NCBI GenBank assembly: GCA_020853615.1
Contig: JADYYO010000342.1
Location: 3,172 to 67,171 of the forward strand
Direction of reading: 5' to 3'
DNA from: Thermomicrobiales bacterium
GTDB taxonomy: Bacteria > Chloroflexota > Chloroflexia > Thermomicrobiales > UBA6265
DNA length: 64,000 nucleotides
The notes below the pieces were generated by a model, which worked only from the letters and a program-made list of their open reading frames with translations, searched no databases and was not told where the DNA came from. The position numbers and the translations under genes were made by a program. This document shows, one piece after another, positions 9,649 through 17,070 of this stretch. How positions within the stretch are numbered: position 1 is the stretch's first letter; each line of letters opens with the position of its first letter.

Positions 9649-9793
9649 CGGACACTCCCGGCAGGGGTTGGCAGGCGAACCTGCCCTCCGCACCGACACG
9701 GTGCGGGTGGGCGCCTGGACGCATCAGCGGCCGAGGCGCGGAAGATGGACGCCCGGGGCGTCGGCCAGATCGACCGACGCCCGGGCGGGTGCG

Positions 9794-10369
9794 CTACTGC
9801 GCGTCGCGGGTCTGCAGGCCGTCGATCAGGTACATGATGACCATCTGATCGTCGGTGGCCGCGCCGTTGATCAGGTCGAGCACGTTGGTCGTCCCGACCG
9901 CGAAGAACTCGGCGTTGACCGAGATGTTCTGGCGGACCGGGATGATGATCGGACGCGCCAGCTTGAGGATGGCGGTCTGGCTCGGGTCGCCGTTGTTGAG
10001 CACCGAGTCGGCGGCGTCGAAGCCCGCGATGCCACCGCCGGCCGGGAAGTACCAGCACGGCGCGACGAACTGCGGCTTGTCGCCGAGCGTCAGCGTGAAG
10101 TACAGCTGCGACACCGTCTGCAGGTACAGATCGCGGTGGTTGGTGCCGTCGAAGTACAGCCACGCGCGGAGCGCGAGGATGACGTAGGTCTGGTCGCTCG
10201 CGAGCTGACCGGGGACCTGGAGGTTGGTGCGGTCCAGCTGGCCGACGTTCGCGTTGCCGAACAGGCGGGTGCTGGGACCGACCGCGGGGGTGGGCGAGCC
10301 GGTGCTGCGGACCAGAGTGTCCCAGACGGGCTGGTGGCGGCGCTCGCGGACTCCGTGCAGGCGGGGCAT
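9794..10369 (-). CDS. beta-rich virion protein, capsid candidate
   Basis: Start MPRLHGVRERR (cat 10367-10369); alternating-hydrophobic strands (YVILALRAWLYFDG, LYFTLTLGDK, IIIPVRQNISVNAEFFAV). Confidence 0.75.
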   Translation of the reverse strand: MPRLHGVRERRHQPVWDTLVRSTGSPTPAVGPSTRLFGNANVGQLDRTNLQVPGQLASDQTYVILALRAWLYFDGTNHRDLYLQTVSQLYFTLTLGDKPQFVAPCWYFPAGGGIAGFDAADSVLNNGDPSQTAILKLARPIIIPVRQNISVNAEFFAVGTTNVLDLINGAATDDQMVIMYLIDGLQTRDAQ

Positions 10370-10527
10370 GACATTCTCCTCGTGACGAATCGGTGCCCGG
10401 GATGGGCGGGTGGCCCCGCACATGCGGGGCCGGTGGGCGAGGTGTCGACGAGGAGGAGCGAAGAAAGGCCGGGCGGAGCGTCACCGGCCGGCGCGCCCGG
10501 AGGCGCCGGCGGTCCGGGGGCGGCTGA

Positions 10528-11862
10528 TCAGCCGCCGAAGCCGCCGGCGAAGACGCCGCCGTACAGGTTGCGCGGGTTGTCGTAGGCGGCCGACGCGTTC
10601 GGGATCGCCTTGGTGAACGAGCGGGCCGGCACCGCCTCGAGCGCGGGCATCTGCTTGATCGGCGCGAGCAGGTTGCCCTGGCGCTGGCCGCCCAGGTACG
10701 CGTCGGCGCCCAGCTCCTCCTCGAGCCCCAGCTCCTCCTCGACCTGGCCCAGCTCCTCCTCGGCACCGACCTCGAGGTAGTCGCCCACCTCGACGTAGTC
10801 GCCCATCGTGATGTTGTCGTCGATCGGCGGCGCGCCGTTGACGCCGACGTAGTCGCCCAGGCCGTCCGCGTAGACGTCGCCCAGGCCGATCTTGGCCTTC
10901 ACCGAGGCCGGCGCGATCGCCGACAGCGCGTTGTCGAGCAGGTTGAGGCCGAGGCCGATCATCACCGAGGTGCGGTACTTGGCCAGCTTGGCCACCTTCT
11001 TGGTGGCGAAGTGACCGATCACGCCCAGGCCGATCGCCATCGCGGTGCCCTGCCACTGGCTCGGGAGCCGGTTGATGAGCGGCACGCGCGAGGCCAGCGT
11101 GTACGACGCCGCGCGGGCGCCGTACAGCGAGACCGCGATCGGCACCACCTGGGTCAGCGTGTCCATGAACACGCCGGCCGGGTTCGAGCGCATCCGGTAG
11201 CGCCGGATCGTCGCGCGGCCGAGCGCGGTCTTGTAGCGGTTGCGGATCGCCCGGCGGGCGCGGAGGATGCTCCGCTGCGTCGACGGCCGCGGGTTGCGGC
11301 GGTAGCGCCGGCGGCGGGCGTGGCTGCGCATCCGGCGCGCCGGGTTCCGCCGGCGGCGCCGGCGGGGCGCGTGGCTCGCGGCGGCGTTGTGGCGCCGGCG
11401 GCGGCGCCGGCGGGGCGCCGGGTTGGCGCGGCCCTCGGTCATCGCGACGGCGCGGCGGCGCCGGGCGCGGGTGCGGCGCGCGCGCCGGGCGTGCGGGCGG
11501 GTGCCGGGGCGGACGCGCCGGCGCGCCCGGGTGCGGGTCCGGCTGCGCCGGCGGCGCCGCTTCGGGGCGGACGTGCGGGCGGTCGCGCGCCGCTTGCGGC
11601 GGCGGCTGGTGGACGGGCGGCGCCGAGAGGCACCACGGCGCCGCTTCGTCTTGGCTCGCTTGCGGGCGTGCGCGAGAGCGGCAGCGCCATGGAGCTTCTT
11701 CCGGGCCATGTTCTTCTTCCTCCGAGGACGAGTGGGTGCGGCCGAGGTGGCCGCGCGCGACCGGCGGCCGTACCGGCCCCAGTCCTTGTGCGAGGTGGAC
11801 GCGCGCTTACCCCGTGCGTGCTTCCGGGGAGCCGGGGCGGGGTTCACGTAGGTGAGCGGCAT
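10528..11862 (-). CDS. protamine-like Arg-rich / membrane / acidic tripartite protein
   Basis: Full ORF. G/C third positions and AAG Lys codons persist through the Arg-rich half. Alternative start at 11709 (MARKKLHG, AGGAAG upstream). Confidence 0.75.
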   Translation of the reverse strand: MPLTYVNPAPAPRKHARGKRASTSHKDWGRYGRRSRAATSAAPTRPRRKKNMARKKLHGAAALAHARKRAKTKRRRGASRRRPSTSRRRKRRATARTSAPKRRRRRSRTRTRARRRVRPGTRPHARRARRTRARRRRAVAMTEGRANPAPRRRRRRRHNAAASHAPRRRRRRNPARRMRSHARRRRYRRNPRPSTQRSILRARRAIRNRYKTALGRATIRRYRMRSNPAGVFMDTLTQVVPIAVSLYGARAASYTLASRVPLINRLPSQWQGTAMAIGLGVIGHFATKKVAKLAKYRTSVMIGLGLNLLDNALSAIAPASVKAKIGLGDVYADGLGDYVGVNGAPPIDDNITMGDYVEVGDYLEVGAEEELGQVEEELGLEEELGADAYLGGQRQGNLLAPIKQMPALEAVPARSFTKAIPNASAAYDNPRNLYGGVFAGGFGG

Positions 11863-11921
11863 GGTTCTCTCTGGACCTCGAGACGCGGGTTGTCACCCGC
11901 ATCGACCGTGGGAGAGAACAC
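11863..11921 (-). promoter_or_regulatory. structured 5' leader (nested hairpins) abutting the start of the Arg-rich gene
   Basis: GTTCTCTC (11864-11871) pairs with GAGAGAAC (11912-11919); inner hairpin GCGGGT-TGTC-ACCCGC (11885-11900). Confidence 0.4.
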
Positions 11922-11981
11922 GGAGCGCGACGATGCACTGGGATGTTGATCTGATCTCCCCCAGCGTGTCAAGGCCCGCGC

Positions 11982-12215
11982 TCACGATGCGGCCAACTGC
12001 TGGATGCTGTCGCCCAGCGAGATGACCAGGCTGTCGCCGTCGTCGGCGACGTCGAGCACGATCCCGTCGTCGACGCTGTCGACCTCGGCGGCCAGCTCCT
12101 CGGCAGCCGCGCGCAGCTTGGCAGATTCGTCCATGCTCTGGCGACAGGCCTCGTCGTCGTCGTCGTAGACCGGCACGGCGGCCGGCGGTGGCGGCGGTGG
12201 CGGCAGCGGGATCAT
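11982..12215 (-). CDS. small highly acidic protein
   Basis: 77 aa with P7 then a D/E-rich sequence (VYDDDDEACRQSMDES...DVADDGDS); ATGA overlap with the upstream gene. Confidence 0.6.
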   Translation of the reverse strand: MIPLPPPPPPPAAVPVYDDDDEACRQSMDESAKLRAAAEELAAEVDSVDDGIVLDVADDGDSLVISLGDSIQQLAAS

Positions 12216-12616
12216 TCAGTGCCTCCTCGGATCTTGCGGACCAGCCCCTTGAAGGCCTCGAGCATCGCCTGCGACTGGCCCTGGAGCGCGTCGGCCTGCT
12301 GGCGCGACTGGGTGATGTGGCGCTCGAGCAGCTCCTGGTAGCGCTTGTCGTGCTTGTCCTGCTGATCGGCCAGGAGCTTGAGCGTCTCCTGGTGGCCGTC
12401 GCGAACCGCCTTGACCATCTGCGCGTGGAGATCGGCGATCTGGCGATCGTGCGCCTCTTGGCCCTTGGCCTGCGACGTCCGGTCCTCGCGCCGCTCGGCC
12501 AGGAACTGGCGCAGCCCGATGATGAGCGCCGCCAGCGCCAGCGCCGCGACGACGCCGATCGCGCCGTAGCGCTCCGCCCAGGACTCGGTCCCGGGCGGTG
12601 GAATCGTTGGGTTCAT
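12212..12616 (-). CDS. N-terminal TM + coiled-coil protein
   Basis: Start MNPTIPPPGTESW (cat 12614-12616); helix GAIGVVAALALAALIIGL followed by a Q/E/K-rich coiled coil. Confidence 0.7.
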   Translation of the reverse strand: MNPTIPPPGTESWAERYGAIGVVAALALAALIIGLRQFLAERREDRTSQAKGQEAHDRQIADLHAQMVKAVRDGHQETLKLLADQQDKHDKRYQELLERHITQSRQQADALQGQSQAMLEAFKGLVRKIRGGTE

Positions 12617-12669
12617 GGTGGCACGATCGCATGGCGTTAGGACGAGCGCGATGACCGTAGAAGGATGAG

Positions 12670-13158
12670 CTAGTGGACGATGCCGCGCCGCTCGACGCCG
12701 AGCCGGCCGCCCCAGATCAGCGCGAGCAGCCGGCGCTTGCTCTGGATGATCAGGAGCGCCTTGCCGGACGGCGTCGTGTAGAGCTCGGGCAGCGGCTCGG
12801 TGGCGCCGACCTTGCGAACGCGGCCGCCCTCGTCGCGGTACGCGAACCCCAGCGACTTGCCGAGCCACGTGAAGCTCTGCTGGCGCTGCAGCCAGCTCGG
12901 CACCGCCACCAGGTCGGCGTCGGCCGGCGGCCGCGCCTCGACGCGGTGGGCGATCACGCCGGCGCCGTGCTCGTGGATGTAGTCGATCCAGCCCTCGTCC
13001 TGGCCCGTCGTCGGGTTGAGCTTGTCCGAGCGGTAGAGCACGTGCTCGGCCGTGCCCAGCCGGATCACCTCCCGCGGGATCACCAGGTCGGCGTGGAAGT
13101 CCCCCTCGCCGCGCCAGTCGCGGGAGTGGAACGTCTTGAACATCCGGCGCGCGCTCAT
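12670..13158 (-). CDS. hypothetical protein (162 aa)
   Basis: Start MSARRMFKTFHSRDW (cat 13156-13158, ATGA overlap); only the tail of tracked 755-aa ORF 12670-14937 is genuine. Confidence 0.75.
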   Translation of the reverse strand: MSARRMFKTFHSRDWRGEGDFHADLVIPREVIRLGTAEHVLYRSDKLNPTTGQDEGWIDYIHEHGAGVIAHRVEARPPADADLVAVPSWLQRQQSFTWLGKSLGFAYRDEGGRVRKVGATEPLPELYTTPSGKALLIIQSKRRLLALIWGGRLGVERRGIVH

Positions 13159-13951
13159 CGGCGCCGCCGCCGGCGCCGGGCCGGGTTCGAGGTGGGCGCG
13201 GGCTTCTTGGGCTTCGCGAGGTAGTAGGCGGCGACGCCGAGCGCGCCCCACTTCGTCCACGTCCAGATCTTGCTGACCGTGTCGGGGATCGCGAGCACGG
13301 CCTCGCCGACCTCGACGACGACGCCGACGACCGTCCGCACGATCGCCGCGAGCTTCATGCACGCCGCCGACGCCGCCTGGAACATCGAGACGATGAACGG
13401 CTTGATGCACTCGAAGTACGCGACGGCCGTGTACCCGTTGCTGGTCGTCGTCATGCTCTCGAGCACCCACCGCCGCAGGCCGGGCGCCTCGATCACGCGG
13501 ATGTTCTTCGCCTGGGCTTCCTTGATCGCGCTCGTGTACTCGAGCGACGCGTTCATCTTCTTGTAGATCAGATCGAGGCGCCCGTAGAGGAACGTGCGCG
13601 CGTCGGCGGCGGCGCCCCGCTTGATCGACGCATCGATCGCGGCCGAGGCCCCCTTCAAGTAGGCGAACGTGGCGTCGCGCAGGCGGATCACCTCGTCGAC
13701 CGAGAACGTGTCGGGCGGGCGCCACGTCGCCGCGAGCCGGTTGGTCTCGCTGTCCAGGACGGCCGTGGCCGCCTTGGCCTTCGCCATGCACGCCTCGTCG
13801 GACGGCGCGCCGAACAGCGCGTTCGCCAGATCCTTCCACGGGTCGGTGATGAACGACAGCAACCCGTCGGTGGGCGTCGCGGTCACGAGCCCGGCGTGGG
13901 CCGGGGCCGTGTAGCGACCGCGGCTGATCGGCAACGTGCGGCGGTAGATCA
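13155..13951 (-). CDS. tail-anchored membrane protein with NPARRRRRRR terminus
   Basis: Start MIYRRTLPISRG (ATGA overlap at 13949-13951); C-terminal hydrophobic segments; ends WGALGVAAYYLAKPKKPAPTSNPARRRRRRR. Confidence 0.75.
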
Positions 13952-14275
13952 TCGCGACTTCCCTCCGAGGAGCACCTTGGCGCCGACGACGCCGGCGGCC
14001 ACCAGGAGCCCGATCTTGACCAGGCCCAGGCCGCCGCCGTCGTCGCTCGCGCCGAGCGCGCCCGCGCGATCGATCGCGACGCGCCCCTGGGCGTGAACAC
14101 CCGTGCCGACGAACCGCGCGCCGGCCGGCAGCGGCCACGCCGCCTGCTCGACGGTCGATCCGAGCGCCCGCGCGCGCAGGTGCGTCGGCTTCGGGGCGTG
14201 CGCGCCGACGTCGTCGCCGGCGGCGTCGTAGTAGTCGAACTGCCGCTGGCCGGGGTTCCAGACCGAGTAGCGCAT
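13949..14275 (-). CDS. tail-anchored membrane protein
   Basis: MRYSVWNPGQRQFDYYD...; ends GLGLVKIGLLVAAGVVGAKVLLGGKSR. Confidence 0.65.
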   Translation of the reverse strand: MRYSVWNPGQRQFDYYDAAGDDVGAHAPKPTHLRARALGSTVEQAAWPLPAGARFVGTGVHAQGRVAIDRAGALGASDDGGGLGLVKIGLLVAAGVVGAKVLLGGKSR

Positions 14276-14279
14276 CGGC

Positions 14280-14804
14280 TTAGAAGACCCAGTGGACGTG
14301 GTAGTTGACGCGATCGCGCCTGCCCCGGCCCTTGTTGCGGCGGCGCGCGAGCAGCACGAGCGCCGCCAGCCCGACCGCGCCCACGACCAGCGCCTTCTTC
14401 TCGCTGTCGCTCAGGTCGTCGACGAACCCGGCCGGGGCCTGGAAGTTGCGATCGCGGAGCGGCGGGTACGGGAGCTGGTAGGGCGAGAGCCCGCTCTCGT
14501 ACAGGTCGCCGCCCGAGAGCTCGCGCGTCTCGGCGGCCCGCTGGCCGCCGGGCACGCCGCCGGGCCAGCCGTGCCACTGGAACGGGTACGACCGCGCCTG
14601 CGCCGCGAAGCGGTAGTACGCGGTCGAGCCGGGCGGCTGACGCCGCCCGTTCGCGAGGTTGATCGCCGTGCGGATGATCGGGCCGGGTGCCGCGATGCTC
14701 CCCAGCGCAGGACGCCCTGGCGCGCAGCACGCCATCACGTGAACGACGTTGGGCGTGCGGTGGCACGCACACGGGCAGTTGTTGTAAGCAGGCGGCAACG
14801 GCAC
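14280..14804 (-). CDS. Cys-rich protein with C-proximal TM and basic tail
   Basis: GTG start at 14804 preceded by GAGGAG + 7 nt (VPLPPAYNNCPCACH...); ...ALVVGAVGLAALVLLARRRNKGRGRR... Confidence 0.6.
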   Translation of the reverse strand: MPLPPAYNNCPCACHRTPNVVHVMACCAPGRPALGSIAAPGPIIRTAINLANGRRQPPGSTAYYRFAAQARSYPFQWHGWPGGVPGGQRAAETRELSGGDLYESGLSPYQLPYPPLRDRNFQAPAGFVDDLSDSEKKALVVGAVGLAALVLLARRRNKGRGRRDRVNYHVHWVF

Positions 14805-14815
14805 GGGTGTTCTCC

Positions 14816-15523
14816 TCAGCGGCGACGGGTCCGGCGGACGCGGGTGCGGCGCGTCGGCGCGCGGCGACGCTTGCCCTTCGCCGGCGGGATCGCGAACTTG
14901 AACAGCGCGAGCCCGGCGACGCCGAGCGCGGCCGCACCCAGCGGCGACTGGAAGCCGCTTGGCAGGTACGTCAGCGCCGACACCGACGCGCTGCTCTGGA
15001 TCACCGACGGCGGCGGGTGGACGACGCCGCCCGAGCTCGAGGGCTGGGACGGCTGGCTGCTGCGCGGATCGGCGACCACCGGGTAGTTCATCTCGGCGGC
15101 GACCTGCTGGATCCGCGCGACGATCAGGTCCGCGGCCTGCGCGATCGTGTCGCACGGCTGGCCGCGGATGTTGGCCCACTGCAGGCCCATCGCCTGGGCC
15201 TCGGGCGTGATCGCCTTGCTGCCCAGCCACGCCATCGCGTCGGCGACGGCGTTCACCGTCGCGGGCCCGATCCGGCCGTCGACGGCGATCAGCTTCTTGC
15301 CGGCCTTGCTCAAGACACGGTTGGTCTGGCGCTGCAGCTCCTTGAACGTCGCGAGCGTCGCGGCGTTGGTCGGCAGGCAGATCCCCTTGAGCGGCGAGCA
15401 CGAGCCTTGCCGGTTCGCGGTGCTGCACCAGTTCGCGGCCGCGATCGACCCCAGCTCGGTGGGCGGCGCCAGCGGCGGCTCGAGGCTCACCATGTGATAG
15501 GCCATGCGGGGGACGTAGGGCAT
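14816..15523 (-). CDS. peptidoglycan-binding-domain protein, tail-anchored
   Basis: PG_binding_1-like LQRQTNRVLSKAGKKLIAVDGRIGPATVNAV; AGGAG RBS; ends GVAGLALFKFAIPPAKGKRRRAPTRRTRVRRTRRR. Confidence 0.8.
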   Translation of the reverse strand: MPYVPRMAYHMVSLEPPLAPPTELGSIAAANWCSTANRQGSCSPLKGICLPTNAATLATFKELQRQTNRVLSKAGKKLIAVDGRIGPATVNAVADAMAWLGSKAITPEAQAMGLQWANIRGQPCDTIAQAADLIVARIQQVAAEMNYPVVADPRSSQPSQPSSSGGVVHPPPSVIQSSASVSALTYLPSGFQSPLGAAALGVAGLALFKFAIPPAKGKRRRAPTRRTRVRRTRRR

Positions 15524-15535
15524 CTGGAGCTCCTG

Positions 15536-16009
15536 CTAGGACCGCTTGCGGCCCACGAAGTAGTAGAACGCGGCGCCACCCGCCAGCCACGCGAGCGGGT
15601 TGGACGCCAGGCTGATCACCGGATCGAGGACGTCGCCGGTGGCGGTGGCTCGGGCGGGCGGAAGCGTGGCCTGCGGCGCGCGCGCGACGACCTTGCCGGC
15701 CATCACGTCGCCGTAGATCTGCACCCAGGTCTTGTCCATCCACCGCGGCCCGGCGTAGACGCGCGTCGCGTCCATCGTGGCGCGGCCCATCCAGCCGTCG
15801 ACCGGCACGTGGTGGCCGCGCGCGGCGAGCATGTTCTGCAGCCCCTGGACGATCGCCTGCGTGGCCTGCGCGTACGGGTCGCAGGTCCGCGGCAGGAAGT
15901 ACATGTACGGGATCGCCATCTGGGCCAGGTACTGACCGATCCCGGCGTTGAGCACCATCTCGCGGACGTTCCACTGGTGCCCGCCGATCTGCTGGACGAG
16001 TTGGGCCAT
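15536..16009 (-). CDS. peptidoglycan-binding-like protein, tail-anchored
   Basis: Start MAQLVQQIGGH (cat 16007-16009); LQNMLAARGHHVPVDGWMGRATMDA; ends NPLAWLAGGAAFYYFVGRKRS. Confidence 0.7.
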   Translation of the reverse strand: MAQLVQQIGGHQWNVREMVLNAGIGQYLAQMAIPYMYFLPRTCDPYAQATQAIVQGLQNMLAARGHHVPVDGWMGRATMDATRVYAGPRWMDKTWVQIYGDVMAGKVVARAPQATLPPARATATGDVLDPVISLASNPLAWLAGGAAFYYFVGRKRS

Positions 16010-16013
16010 GGGA

Positions 16014-17051
16014 TCACCGCTTCTTCGTGGCGACGTAGAGGAGCCCCAGCCCGCCGACGACGGCCGCGCCGACCGCGACCGGCTTGACCCAGGTCGCGCG
16101 GGCCGGCGGCGGCGGCGGCGGCGGCATCGCGGGGAGCGCCGCCGCAGCGGCGCCACCGCCGCCACCGCGGTTGCAGACGCCCGAGGCGACGCTCGCGCCG
16201 GCGGCGCCGGCCGGGCCACCGGCGGCGGTCGCGGCCAGCTGGCCCGCGCCGGAGGTGACGACCGAGCAGGCCAGCCCGCCCAGCGCCGAGATGCCGCGGG
16301 TGACGAAGTTGCCGACCGACGAGGCCGCGCTCGAGGCCGCGCCGGCGACCGCGCCGGCCGCCGACTTGACGCCCGAGCCGATCGCCTGGCCGGCGCGCTT
16401 GACCGCCGAGACGGGGTTCAGATCGCTCAGACCGAAGCCCAGGCTCTCGAGCGCGTGGCTGGTCGCCCGGGGCACGGCGTCCGGGTAGACGCCGAGCGCG
16501 AGCTGGCCCTGCCGGCTCACCGGCTGGCGCTGGCCGCGCTGCGCGCGCCGCCCGGCCTCGACGATCTCGCGCAGCATGCCCTCGGACATGCTGGTGGCGA
16601 TCGCCTGCTGGAGCGCGTCGCGCGGGCTCGCGCCCTGGCTGCGGAGCTGCGTCGCGCGCGCCTCGACGGTCCGCCAGAGCGAGCGATCGATCGCGTCGAA
16701 CATCGCCCGGAGCGCCGCCGTCCGGTGCTCCGACGGCACGCTCCTGATCGAGTGCATGATCCACGACGCCGCCTTCTGGCCGTAGCCGGCGATCGCGTCG
16801 CCCTTGGCCGCACGCTGGGGCGCCTGCGCGCCCAGCGTGTCGTCGCCGAGCGAGCCCAGGCCCGCGTCCTTGCGGTCCAGGAGCGTCGTCCCGGCGCGCT
16901 GCGCCTGGAACTCCGGCACCAGCTCGCTGATCGTGCCGCGGGGCAGCCACGCGGTCGTGAACGTCCCCCGGCCCGGCGGCTCCGCCATGACGTAGGCCGG
17001 GATCGCGTAGCCGGGATCCCACGCGGACGGAAGGTTGTAGAAGTTCGACAT
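16014..17051 (-). CDS. Gly/Ala-rich tail-anchored virion-module protein
   Basis: Start MSNFYNLPSAWDPG (cat 17049-17051); P8 tract then VKPVAVGAAVVGGLGLLYVATKKR. Confidence 0.7.
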   Translation of the reverse strand: MSNFYNLPSAWDPGYAIPAYVMAEPPGRGTFTTAWLPRGTISELVPEFQAQRAGTTLLDRKDAGLGSLGDDTLGAQAPQRAAKGDAIAGYGQKAASWIMHSIRSVPSEHRTAALRAMFDAIDRSLWRTVEARATQLRSQGASPRDALQQAIATSMSEGMLREIVEAGRRAQRGQRQPVSRQGQLALGVYPDAVPRATSHALESLGFGLSDLNPVSAVKRAGQAIGSGVKSAAGAVAGAASSAASSVGNFVTRGISALGGLACSVVTSGAGQLAATAAGGPAGAAGASVASGVCNRGGGGGAAAAALPAMPPPPPPPARATWVKPVAVGAAVVGGLGLLYVATKKR

Positions 17052-17070
17052 GCAGGGGCTCCTTCGGGGG

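Noticed and set aside
10528-11862. Idea that the Arg-rich N-terminal half is a frame artefact and the gene starts near the hydrophobic domain
   Set aside because: G/C stays at third positions, Lys uses AAG, there is no alternative coding frame with better composition, and a paralog (52727-53434) also has a basic N-terminus ending in RSNPAG. I kept the full-length call but flagged the internal start at 11709.
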